From Lingula anatina (lineage: Eukaryota > Animalia > Brachiopoda), in NCBI GenBank assembly GCA_051362555.1, contig CM120641.1, positions 45,018,401-45,082,400 on the forward strand: a stretch of DNA of 64,000 nucleotides, given 5' to 3'. Positions 40,701 to 50,641 of the stretch are shown piece by piece. The notes beneath the pieces were generated by a model. The model was not told where the DNA came from. It saw nothing but the letters and a program-made list of their open reading frames with translations, and did no database searches. How positions within the stretch are numbered: position 1 is the stretch's first letter; each line of letters opens with the position of its first letter. The translations under genes and the position numbers were made by a program.

Positions 40701-42893
40701 GCCATCTTTTACGCGCCATAGGCGGACATTGTCTCGACCACAGGAAACCATCCTGAAACCATCATGGTAACTACACTGTTGTCATTTAAGAGGAAAATAG
40801 GAAATCAACCATAAAATTTCAACTTGTCTACATAAATTTGCTCCCTGACCAGGACGTTTTTGGTCAAATTCTTTAGTTGAATTTGTTTTAGGAAATGGAA
40901 ATATCTGTGCACATTCTCAATGCTTTTTTTCTTTTTTTTTTTTTAATGTTGATTGTGGATTAGAATAAGTACCAATTACCTGAATGAAAAATTAAGATCA
41001 ACTTTAAGTTTGATTTTTTTTTAACTCAGCAGAGAGAGCAAACTTTAAAGTTGAAAAGACACTCTGGTTTGGTCTTAAAAATTAAGATCAACTTTAAGTT
41101 TGATTTTTGTAAAACTCGGCAGAGAGAGCAAACCTAGTGTCATCAAAAGCGGCAATCCTCATCCTGACTATGTCCACATCTGAGTGTGCCTTGGCCATGA
41201 CAGCTACCTCACCACCACGATTCACGCGGGACGTGTTCCAGATTACTACCATCTACAAATGTGGAAAAGTGTGCTATAAAAGTAATTTCCATTCTTCTTC
41301 GGCACCGACATATATTGAATTACTAGATATATATTTCTCTCTTGCTTTTGCTAAAAAGCATTTTTTTCTTGAAATCACATATTACTAAGTTCATGATAAC
41401 TTTTCTTTTCTAAATCTAATTCCAATAAACTCAATCACTCCACATATTTCAAATACCTCAATGTTTGCAAAATCATCAATTTTCCAACCCTCCTTCAATC
41501 ACAGAGCTCTTTATGTAAACTTCCCTTTCAAAATTTAACAACCATCTCTTCCCAATATCCCCAGCAGGACTTTACGCTGGGAAATGTTCTTCATCAAATT
41601 GTAAACTATACTCACTGTCTTTCCATGTCCATCTCTTCCCACTCCACACAACACACCTCCACTGTGGGAAAAGCTACAACGAGGAATGGACCATCAGACC
41701 GGCCACACAGACCTGACATTTTTTCATTAATCTTTGGACGAGAACACTATTAACAGTTTACAAAATAATCTTTAAAAATCACTTAATCAGTTTGGTGTTA
41801 GTGAAGTGAAATAACATCACAATTTTTCCTGATATTTCAGTGTTATTAATCACTTAGTTTGGAACAAATACATTTGTAAAACAGCTATAGTAGTGAAACA
41901 GATCACCAACACACAATGTGTGGGTATTCAGCCTGATGATGCCCTTGTGACAAGAGCAAAACATAGCTGTTTCACTTCAATATTAATCTGTACGTGCAAT
42001 CCTTGGAACCAGGAACCATTGTAGCAAATAACTTGACTAGCCATATTATCACTGTATACAAGATTGTGCAGGATGAATGCAAAATTGCAGCAAAAAAAAA
42101 AAAAAAAAAAAAAAAAGAAAGAAAAAAAAACTTTAAAAATCTGTGTGAACATGAACCTAGGCTGAGAATAAGAATACACACGTACTGTTACTTAACAATC
42201 TTGTCACACCCACAACTCACCTGAGACAGTGCAGAGAATGGACATGTGTTTTAAACATTGCCAGACACTCTCCAGTCTGAAACCTCCATACTCTGACCAC
42301 ACTTTGCTGACCAGTCTGACCGCTGGCTAGAAGGGTGGAATTGCCATTGAGGGCTAAACTGGACACCTGGGTATGTAGGTTAAATTTTCAAGTTTTATGA
42401 ATATAAACACTACGGTGAATCATCATTCAAACACTGTGCCGCTTCAACATATTATACATACCTAAACCAAATACAGAATACTCAAACTCAAATGAACTCA
42501 ATTCAAAGTTGGGGCAATTGTTATTATTTAAATAGTCCTTGAGGGGAAATTAAATTTAATTTAGTTAATTTTTCCTTAAAATTGAAATAATTGCATATTC
42601 TAGAGTGTAAACAAAGGTTTTTCCAAAATTTATTGAAAAGCAAGAGTAGTGACATTGTCAAATATCACAGATTCCACTTTTATGTTTATAACAACACTAC
42701 TATGAAGTTTCATAGCAATACTCTTCCAATTTCCAAACCAATACTCTCATAACCAACACAGTATACAGCTCTGCACCTTGTCCGTGTGTCCAATGAAGAA
42801 CCTCTGATGTCCATTCTTGGCATTCATGGCCACTATGACAGCATGACAGGGGTAGACCAGGGTGATGCCATTACTGGTCCACAGGGCCTAAGG

Positions 42894-42933
<40 letters not shown>

Positions 42934-45900
42934 GGAAGTCGATGCTTATAATAAAATAATTAGAATAATATTAGTAATAGAAAACATTCTTAAAAATAGC
43001 ACTAAACTTGTGTCTTAGAGCTGTTCTTATGCAATAAAAATAAAATCATATAGGTTGCAATAAATTAAATCAAAATGAAACTTAAACTTTAAAAATACTA
43101 TATTAACTAGTCTTTCTTTTTACTGACATCACCAAGTAACATAAAAACATATGATCAGAAGTTTCTGATATGTGCAACAAACCTAATCCTTATCATACAA
43201 CCTTCAAATCACCCTTTAGCCCTACCACCCATCAGAATGAAATACAAATATCTGTAACAGTAACTACGCATGCGCTTCTCTTGTATATTGGATCCGATAG
43301 TGCTGCCACGTAGTGTCACTTAGCTTTTACTTGACGGCGGCACGCGTCCGACGCTCTTAGAAGGTTTAGGCCCCAAACGAGGTAAATCAAGATTTAATCT
43401 TTCATTATATTATTATTTTTATTAGAAATCAAAACTTTGAAGTTATCGTCTCGATTTACAAGTTGTTTATCACTCAATTTCAAAATTATTGTTAGTTTAA
43501 GAAGTTTCCATGTCAGCGTATGTGTTCGTAGGACTACATGTATGTTTTATGTTTATTTTAGTTCCACGGGAATAATATTTCGTTGGAACCGAATGGGAAT
43601 AAAGATTTTACCACCAACTTGATACAGTTTTTATTATTTATTTATTTAAAGACGTGTGCTGCTACAATATCTAACTGCAAGTTTCCAAGACAATTAATAT
43701 CTTGGGTGAAAAAATTAAAGTACTGTTTCCATGGCAACTGAGGGTGATTCAAACAAACCAATATCCATTATGTTGGTTTGGGGCTATAATGAACAAATTC
43801 ACCAATTTTCATCAAAATCTGAGAGGGTCATGTGCCAGCCTATTCTGAACCTTACAGAGACTGCTACTTAATATTTCAGATATACAACTCACATCTCTGC
43901 AGGTGCCTCCTCCAAATCCAACCAGTCTTCTCAAGTTTAAAATAGGATCAGGCTTCAAACTCTGAAAGGCACATCACAAAACAGAGAATAAATTTGTTGT
44001 TTTATGAAGAAATAATCATATATTTTAGGTTTTCTTGCATCCACAATCATTGAATATTGTTACAGATTTTTAAACAGTCATATAACTTAATCATATTTTG
44101 CCCTTGGTTAAAAAAATTACATTTAGGCATAAAAAAATGGAAACATATACTAACTTAACCAATCATTGGTAAGTAAAGTTGCATAGTTACTTTTGCATGG
44201 ACAGAGAAGGCAAATGAAAGAACTGCCTCTAAACAGGCCATCCACATTACCTTATACTTAGGTTCCTTTGGCAAAAGACCTAGTGGGCGGGTCCCTGCTT
44301 GTATTGGTTCCTGTAATTGGGTGTAACAACAAATCAAAATGTGTCCAAATACATGTATCATATTTATTACCAATCTGTCAAATTTTAACATTTTGACATA
44401 TGTTTGGCACAGGACTACTTGGGGAAAAAATTACTACATGAAAATCAGTTGAAATTCTAAGCAGTCTTAACTAAGACCAATTGTGACTTCATAATTATTT
44501 TTTTTTTTTTATAAAACAGTGCCCTGTTCCATTTTCTACCTCTTGTTCTGCACCATCTCTGTGTAAGCTGACTCTGCTCTTTGGATGAGCATACACATGT
44601 ACTCCATTCTCCTCTGGGATGACGCTGGTGGTGCTGTCCGTCCCAAACTCTGGCAGTGAAGCAGACACGTGAACTTTCTTTGATGGAGGCTGGAAAAATG
44701 GCAAATTGCGATTAGGTTAATTATGCTATTACTTTGGAATTAGTAAACAAAATATATATAATATTCAGGGATAATTCTACAAATAAAAAACATGGAATAT
44801 GTTATTGCTGTCAAACAATTAGTCACAAGGCATATAAAGAAATGCATGATAATAATATATTAAATAATAATATATTAAATAATAATCAATATCAGTGTGG
44901 TTACCTTGTCTCTCCTAGTAAGGTTGTCTATGGCAGAGCCGTGAGTACCTGAGAATGGCCTCCTGACCTCTACCTGTCTGGGGGATGACCTCTTTGGACT
45001 GATCACACCTGGGGGACCTGGGGACAAACAACAGGTAAAACAACAACTCACCTGACAGTAAAGACATCATTTAAGAAATTATACTGATAATAATCAATTA
45101 AACAATTCTTGTAAAAGCATAAATCACAAGACAAAATTGTTAAACCAAAGTTAAACTAAGACAAATAATAAACAGAGATTCATTAATTAGAGATTTTAAT
45201 ATTTTGAATATTTAGCATTGTAGGAACTTAATTTTTGTAACATAATGAAGGAATCAGCACATTTCAAAAATTTCTAATGAACAGACAAATGTAGTTAACA
45301 ACAGGCCTAGTAACAATAGTGATGAAAATGCAATCAACATCAATCTATTTATGCCAGGTATTTGCCCCACTGTGCCTTGAAACTTGCCATTTTGAGTAAC
45401 AGGGGGGCTGGACTTCAGCGGTAATAAATCAAATGGCTCCTTGCTGCTGTCCGTGGGAAATCTGCAAAAAATATTAAGGAATGGTGGCCTTAGCTCTCAA
45501 GGATATTACCAAGTGACAAGAATTTAAATATAAAGTTAAGACTTCCTTCACAGCCTGTCTTTTTATTTTAAATTAAAAAGGCAACATTTTCAAACAATGC
45601 AATTAAGAATCTCAAACAAATACGAATCAAATCTTAAATCAATAACATATTTGGCTAAAGACAGTAAATGGTTTTACATTATTTCTTTGTCAAATATGAA
45701 AATGTTAAGCAACTAGCTAAAATTCCTACGGTAAGTGTATGCCCAAAATTCTTGCTACCTAATGATGTCATATAGATCATGCCAGTTGCGTCCTCTAGGT
45801 AAAAGAAAGGCCATTTCCCTGGGTACTGGATTTATTCCTTGTAACATCAAACCAGTTCTCTTGGCTTCATCTAGTGTAAGACCTAAAAAACAATCATAAT

Positions 45901-46085
45901 ATCTGGAAATCAGAATTGAAATTGCCAGAAAAAATTCAATTTTTGCTATATTAAGGTCTACCTCACATCTGTGTGCCTTTTAAGCCATACAACTAATATT
46001 TCGAAAAAAAATTCAAAAAAAAAAAAAAAAATACATACATACACAAAGGATACAACAAATAAACACACACACAGACACACACACA

Positions 46086-46122
<37 letters not shown>

Positions 46123-48087
46123 TACCTGGCTGGTATTCCGAATCACTTGTGAATATATTTTTCACCAGCATATTTGCACACAGTTTTATAGACTTAATGT
46201 ATGAGTATCTTCTGTTCAGGTAGATGGACAACACATACTGCAGATCCAGGCACAGCATTGTCCACCTGGACGACATTGGCGCTGGACCACTCTTGTCTGA
46301 AATATTTGGAAATCACAAACCAGTTGTCCAGAACAATATCATCAGTTGTATAATACATGTAGTAATTCAAATAAGTTATTCTAGTAAACCTATTAAAGTG
46401 TAAATTACTCTGAAATAAGCTGTTGCTCTTAAGATTATATTATAGAAACTGGAGAAACCGAAATGACCCCATCATATACTTAAAAAGTTAATACCAGATT
46501 TTGGTGACAATTAATAGGTTTTGGGTACAACCTTCTGTAACTTTAACACTGTAAATTCCCCCACATGCATTTAAACAAACAAACAAACAAACAAACAGAA
46601 AAGGTCAGCTAATATCACTAAAGATAAAGTAAAATATCTTACCTCTGTCTTTGGTACCTACTGCAGTCTGTGCATGTATTGAACCCTTGGTGGCAGTGCA
46701 AACAAATGGGAACTGGAGCCAGGTGGATGTTGCCTTGAACTCCTTGAACAGGTTGGAGAATGATATCCTCACCACCAGGGCATCTTGTGTGGCGACGTCA
46801 ATGTGAACCACAAAGTATTTGGATGGAATGGGCTTGAATAAGAGGTACATGTATCTCCCCGTCAGACCCAAGGACTGTGTGGATGTCTTTGGAAGCTGGA
46901 TGTAGTTGCTGGCTGGAATTGAGCCTGTGATCCTGTATACAGTGCATTTGATGGTCTTGTCCTGTTGTGTAATTTTAAAAATACAGAAAGTGTCAACACA
47001 TGTGTTTACACTTTAATTTACATTCAAAATTAAATAAGGGCATCACCTCAACTTGTTTGTTTGAAACAAAATTACAACTAGTACACATTTACTGTATTCT
47101 GTAATCCAGCATATATAAAAAAAATACATGTAGCACAATCAAAATTGTTGATAACTGCCACTCTTTAAAAAATAAATATATCAATAAGCTGCTAAAAATC
47201 CCGAGGGTGTCTTTGAGTTGGGGGGGGGGGGGGGGGGGGGGGGGCTTGTGTTGTTCTTGTAAACAAGTGGTCTATCTGAATTCCATGACTTATGAGAGTT
47301 CCTTTACACAAATGGTAAAATTTAAATACTTTCTCTCAGCCATAACATTACCATAACAGTGACCACTTCTCCTTCCTTGGTTGATTTCTTCCATTCTGAC
47401 ACATTGAAATGCTTGAAGACATTAACATAGGGATGTTGCCACACTGAAAGGGTAATCATAAAATCAATACTTAGTAAGTAACATTGCAATCAGAGGTTAC
47501 ATCCACGGGGGAATCAATTCCTGGTGTACTTTTCCCATTCACAAGTCTGTTCAAGCTGGTATTCATGCCACATTAATCTATAAATACCCACCAGTATTTA
47601 TAGGTGTGCACTTTGATGAGGTGAGAGGTAAGCAAAAGTTTTGAGAGCTCATGTTTCCCTGCACGTGGATGTGCCACCTGACTGTTATTTTACAGTTATG
47701 TGCACCTCTTTCATGCATTAACATACACAGTATCAGAAAACATTATTATCAGTGCTAACACATGTGTTTTTGTGCTAACTATTGCAAAATGTGTCTATAA
47801 TATGCATTTGAAGACTTTCTGTATACATGCATAGGGTGTTGCTATGCAAAAATAAATAAAATATTACTAAAAAAATTAAACAGAAAAAAGCAAGTATCGG
47901 AGCAAAATTTGGTTTGTAATGACATTAACTGCATTATTAGTCACACTTAACGTTTTTAGGGAGTGAAACCAATGCAATGGCACTGGAAATGAAGACTGGA
48001 TACAGTTAAGCTGGGTCAAGTTGTAAACTTAAAGTTAAACCACTAAAAGATGGGAATTACTGTACCGCTATACTTACAAGAAGTCAT
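1..48087 (-). CDS. WDR90: WD repeat-containing protein 90 (POC16), 3'-partial. Coding exons: 48078-48087, 47352-47443, 46643-46961, 46126-46296, 45759-45882, 45388-45461, 44905-45017, 44540-44689, 43893-43961, 42777-42887, 42221-42366, 41616-41673, 41134-41252, 40591-40752, 40006-40133, 5883-5999, 5387-5457, 4836-5000, 4457-4596, 3751-4012, 3393-3563, 981-1109, 506-636, <1-33
   Basis: The spliced translation MTSLWQHPYVNVFKHF..DKTIKCTVYRITGSIPASNYIQLPKTSTQSLGLTGRYMYLLF..SFSNLFKEFKATSTWLQFP matches the CFA20-like N-terminus recalled for WDR90. It continues through PREMAF, LKPDPIL, QRFFIGHTDK, KQTFSSG|PGIAV, GSDDGYLRLWPLDF and further WD40 repeats. All exon phases join in frame with GT-AG sites (one GC-AG). 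Confidence 0.96.
84..298. mobile_element. ~210-bp MITE, copy 1 (Harbinger-like right end)
   Basis: Inverted ends CATTCCCAAAGATTTTAGAT...ATCTAAATCTCTGGGAATG; near-identical second copy at ~7771-7995. Confidence 0.75.
1274..3167. mobile_element. Non-autonomous TA-target DNA transposon (Tc1/mariner-pogo-like)
   Basis: TA|CGGTAATGTGCCAAGCATTTCGAC ... GTCGAATTGTTTGGCATATTACCG|TA; CpG-richer than the flanking intron; no intact ORF. Confidence 0.8.
5292..5340 (+). repeat. (TAAA)n microsatellite
   Basis: Direct reading. Confidence 0.95.
5760..5923 (-). repeat. ~62-bp tandem triplication of a WDR90 exon 3' end and splice donor
   Basis: CTCTGGCCACTTGA..CAGCCATGTG..CAG|GT occurs three times on the minus strand. 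Confidence 0.85.
7540..10180 (+). CDS. Nested gene A, uncharacterised acidic repeat protein (~550 aa). Exons 7540-7545, 8070-8272, 8573-8684, 8849-10180
   Basis: 445-aa ORF preceded by a TGCAG acceptor. Upstream exons join in phase 0/2/0 with GT-AG sites (MQ|DSPV..RKRKKK..HYHR|VVMNNQQ..TETGNGE|GSAVN..). The first two exons are less certain. Confidence 0.75.
7672..7718 (+). repeat. (CA)n microsatellite
   Basis: Direct reading. Confidence 0.95.
7771..7995. mobile_element. ~210-bp MITE, copy 2
   Basis: Near-identical to 84-298; ends ...CTCTGGGAAAGCACCC TTA. Confidence 0.75.
10278..10851. mobile_element. Degenerate Harbinger-like non-autonomous element
   Basis: Right end CTTCATGAAACAGGCCCC; internal inverted pair GTCATTAGTTCTCTCG (10323) / CGAGAGAACTAATGAC (~10755); left end eroded. 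Confidence 0.5.
11196..12450 (+). pseudogene. THAP-domain transposase relic (ISL2EU/Harbinger-type), spliced and disrupted
   Basis: MPQT*CCVPLCQNRGGHRFP..RRQWILAIK..WEP..LCS at 11196-11378; RLKSSAVP (THAP AVP motif) at ~11910; FRGDPSGMHNYT at ~12403; in-frame stops present. Confidence 0.7.
11468..11743. mobile_element. Palindromic MITE with ~110-bp arms
   Basis: CAGGCCTACCCAACTACCAGACTCGGCACATAAG ... CTTATGTGCCGAGTCTGGTAGTTGGGTAGGCCTG. Confidence 0.85.
12805..13050. mobile_element. Harbinger-type palindromic MITE with TTA TSD
   Basis: TTA|GGCTTC ... GAAGCC|TTA; ~100-bp near-perfect arms 12811-13031; left terminus lacks ~13 bp. Confidence 0.85.
13985..14340 (+). pseudogene. Tc1 transposase fragment
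   Basis: VVEHDQCGGPSVMVWAGMS, YSDEVLRAPVVP, QQNNACPHT (cf. FQQDNARPHT) and terminal RGGHTY*; frameshifted. Confidence 0.8.
15360..15870 (+). repeat. Diverged duplicate of the gene B 5' non-coding exon/intron (16630-17120), also related to 6430-6790
   Basis: Shared TTCAGGAATTCC, ACTATAAGAG, AATAATCTTAGATCAA, ATTGTTCTGGCATGG, CTACTGTAA and ACATGATCCAARGCAATTGAATGGTAGGATTGGT, in the same order. Confidence 0.8.
16555..16702 (+). promoter_or_regulatory. Putative promoter and non-coding exon of gene B
   Basis: Local CpG cluster with TGACGTCA (16570), TGGTCA-N4-AGGTCA (16578-16593), CGCATGCG (16596) and CACTTCC; strong donor TAG|GTAAGT at 16702. Confidence 0.55.
17927..29179 (+). CDS. Nested gene B, ~2480-aa Ser/Thr/Pro/Glu-rich tandem-repeat protein, paralog of gene A. 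Exons 17927-18052, 20275-20363, 21265-21331, 22022-29179
   Basis: 2361-aa ORF preceded in frame by a TTTTTTCAG acceptor. Three upstream exons join in phase 0/2/0 with strong GTAAGA, GTAAGT and GTATGT donors. Indels within the repeat are multiples of 3. A further upstream coding exon cannot be excluded. Confidence 0.85.
18832..19100. mobile_element. Left part of a TA-target element related to 36361-37362
   Basis: Repeated TATGAAAATTGCC motif and ATGATCTCCC..GATGA shared with 36609-36790; terminus-like TATAGTAATGTGTCATGAATTATCGAA. Confidence 0.55.
22830..27900 (+). repeat. Coding tandem repeat, ~186-bp unit (2 x 93 bp), roughly 27 units
   Basis: DMSCPKDEGVPSTTKPPQEDATSSKVLQEGS alternates with RSCPKDEIVPSTTTKIEEDSTFPTVLQEPSS; diverged 31-aa monomers flank both sides. 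Confidence 0.97.
29462..35966. mobile_element. IS3EU DNA transposon (defective), 6.5 kb
   Basis: TAATAC|TATGGAATCCCAGGAGGGCCAAGCG ... CGCTTGGCCCTCCTGGGATTCCATA|TAATAC: TAY..RTA termini, 6-bp TSD and ~230-bp TIRs, with an integrase-core gene inside. Confidence 0.9.
31720..35674 (-). pseudogene. Multi-exon IS3EU integrase-core transposase, disrupted
   Basis: Motifs ESTLKRRL, GPNWIWSVDGNDK, IHGCIDTFSRK, RSDPGTEN, SHIMGPSPLNQ and WNNHKIR..PTGAAPNDIY lie in GT-AG exons. There is a frameshift near 34520, and the RIE motif expected before CFWST (~32460) appears to be missing. Confidence 0.8.
36361..37362. mobile_element. Non-autonomous TA-target DNA transposon (Tc1/mariner-pogo-like)
   Basis: TA|CAGTGTCTTGAAAATTTCGTCGGTCTT ... 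AAGACCGACGAAATTTTCAAGACTTTACTG|TA; internal ~85-bp subrepeats. Confidence 0.85.
38075..38300. repeat. 74-bp perfect palindrome followed by a ~39-bp minisatellite of its right arm
   Basis: 38075-38148 is self-complementary around ACTAGT; four further ACTAGTAAACACAGACGTGTCGTCAGAGATTTG-like units follow. Confidence 0.9.
40987..41133. repeat. ~90-bp-period duplication abutting a WDR90 donor
   Basis: AAAAATTAAGATCAACTTTAAGTTTGATTTTT..AACTC.GCAGAGAGAGCAAAC occurs twice. Confidence 0.85.
42894..42931 (+). repeat. (AAT)n microsatellite
   Basis: Direct reading. Confidence 0.95.
43255..43387 (+). promoter_or_regulatory. Possible antisense promoter/first exon inside a WDR90 intron
   Basis: CGCATGCG (NRF1-like) at 43267, CpG cluster, then donor CGAG|GTAAAT at 43381. 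Confidence 0.35.
46063..46118 (+). repeat. (CA)n microsatellite
   Basis: Direct reading. Confidence 0.95.
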
Positions 48088-48199
48088 CCTCAGATTTGCT
48101 TATAATTTTTTTGCACAGACTGAAGCTTTCTCATTAATTCAAGAATAATAACAGGTTTTAAGAACATCAATGAACATTTCTATTTACGTTATTAACAAA

Positions 48200-48989
48200 A
48201 CCTATTTGCCGCCACTCTAAACAGGTGTAGGTGTCATGGCCGGCGGAAGACGAACTAATCTTAACCTATTATAAAAATTGAACTAAATGAAATGAAATGA
48301 AAATATAATTTGATTTGAGGTTACTTAGATTGGGGTATTATTGAATGTCAATTTAATCCAAATTACAACGTTATAAAGACAGGTTAAACGTCGGCTTGTC
48401 TTGTGTATCTGGTAATGCTTTCATAGCGGCTTTCATAGTAAGCTTAGTCTACATTCAAGACCGCTGATTCAGGACATGTATAATAACTTGGAACTAAAAG
48501 TACCGTATATGCATAAAGCATAAATTTGCAATAAAGAATAAATAAGAGCGTTAGTAAGAGGAGTAAAATATCAGGTTTGAACATCTCCACTACATTGCTC
48601 TTAGTACGCATGTTCAGTGGCTTGGCTTCCTGTACTGTAATATCTAGGTCAAAACAGGTGGTTATTTCGGCGCTTACATTAGAAGCACTGAAACGCAGCT
48701 GAAATGATTAAGAGGTAGGTACTCTTGTGTGAGGATAAATTTCTTCTCAGATCACTTTTCTGGGTTATGTGATTGAGGGGCATTTTTCAAAAACGAAACT
48801 TTAGTTGCGAGCACAAAAAAATGCGGAAATGTACTCTTGAGTTTTGTTGTTGATATCTGGCCGTGGCGCAGCGCCTATAGCAGTGTCACCACTCCGAATT
48901 TCAGTGATTTTAGTGCTTTACGAAAACTAAAATTGATACAGAGGCACATGACATCAGATTATATCTTATAGCACTAAGACACAATTCAG
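48200..48989. promoter_or_regulatory. Putative bidirectional promoter of WDR90 / MICAL-like, with a plus-strand non-coding first exon ending at 48989
   Basis: CpG-enriched zone just upstream of the WDR90 ATG; GGCGGAAG (ETS-like) at ~48243; donor CAG|GTATAT at 48989; acceptor at 50610 before the MICAL-like ATG. Confidence 0.5.
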
Positions 48990-50641
48990 GTATATTTGTT
49001 CCCTGTTGCGTAGGCAAAATTTCTCGTCTTTTATTGTTTTGTAAATTTCAAATTCTTCTCATACCACCGTGAGTCATTTATTGGATTGGTTTTAAAGAAA
49101 GCCACTGAAACCCAACCCCATCCCACACATTGAGTGGGTTGTAGAAGTGGAAACATTGGGTGCCTCTTGGCTCCTGAAATATTTCCTATATTCTGATACT
49201 TACAACTGTACTAGTCTGTCACTGCAGGGAGACTGTATTACCACATAGCCATGCCATATAGGGACATTTATTTTAGGAAAGATGGAACATTTTATAAGTG
49301 TGAGTTATATTTATCTTTGTTTTGTTGCCCCCTTTTTTAATCTGTTTAGATGTCATAATTTTTTTGTTCTTTTATTTGACTACAGTTTTGTCTGGGCAGT
49401 ACCACTTTTATCCATTATAATTTTATTTGACGAATTAGTAAAACCTCTGCATGTTTACTTTATAAATGCAAGTTTAACAAATATTATATACATTTATAAA
49501 AGGTTTGGGTTATTACTTCTACTACTGGATGTATTATGTTACAGAAACAAAACCAGTGCAAGAGATAATGTATAAGCATGTGGGACACTAGTATAAATGT
49601 GTAAATTAATTACAAACAAAAAAGTTTTTATTTTGTTTGGATCAAGGGGAGTTCTCAATATCTACAACATAATATATAACTATCTGCTTAGCTGCCTGTT
49701 AGGGATGAAACATTTTGCAAGTAGTATAATATGGGGCAGTTATATGGTAATGATATATGAGGATAAAATCACCTAAGTGACGATTAGATAACATGTCCCT
49801 TCTGGGGAACTTTTAATCATTTTTACCTTAAGCATTAAGCACTCATTTTACTCTGTAATATAATTATTGAAGGATTTCTGTCATAACATGTTGCACTCTT
49901 CTTAATTAATGTTCAACAGAAATAATTCAATTTACTTGATGAAAAGGACACATTATGTCAGAAAGCAAAGGATGATTATACAGTTAATTCGCGTAGCTAG
50001 AGTTGATTGCTATGTTTTCACAATTAATTCATGATGCTATGCCAAATTACTATGATTTGGGTAGGCTTTGCATCCCTGCTGAATTTATCTTATTGAAATG
50101 ATGGGATAGTATAAGTACACACCAGGGACTGAATATATGCAGAAGAACTTTAAACTAGAAGTTGGTCAGGTCTTAACTGTTAGATTTAAGTTTTGGTCTG
50201 TGCAATATAAGATAAATCTGCATGAGGGTAGTATTGGTCTAAGACAGTAGCCACTTCTTTCTTGTTACAAAACAGGCACAATGTTTTGTTTTAATAAACA
50301 ACACTCATTTTACCTTCAATCAATAAGGTCTAGTACTGTTTTTGGTCTAAATATAAGACCAACTTTCTGTGTAAAGTTCTTTTATACTTGTGAAACTGAC
50401 CAAAGAGATAATGTCATAAGGGATTATGGCCTCGATAAATAGTGATTCTGTCAGGTTACTAAATAAGTGGCTACTGTAAAAGCTGTAAAGTTGAAAAATC
50501 CAAAGCTTAATTTAAACCAGTTGAAAATGTAATGCAGTGTCTCGTCTACCTCCTACCCCTATCTCAGTCTTTGTAGTAGAATATTTAGCTTGATGTTTTC
50601 TGTTTTTCAGCTTTGATCTGATCACCTGAGCAGAGTTCATA

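Noticed and set aside
43725-43738. Perfect RFX X-box GTTTCCATGGCAAC in a ciliary gene intron
   Set aside because: It is embedded in sequence resembling a common dispersed repeat, with similar CATGGCAAC at ~14532 and ~54430; it cannot be supported as regulatory.
47219-47244. Poly-G tract as a functional G-quadruplex
   Set aside because: Simple intronic homopolymer of uncertain length; no supporting context.
48859-48900. tRNA A-box-like GGCCGTGGCGCAGCG
   Set aside because: No B-box or cloverleaf.
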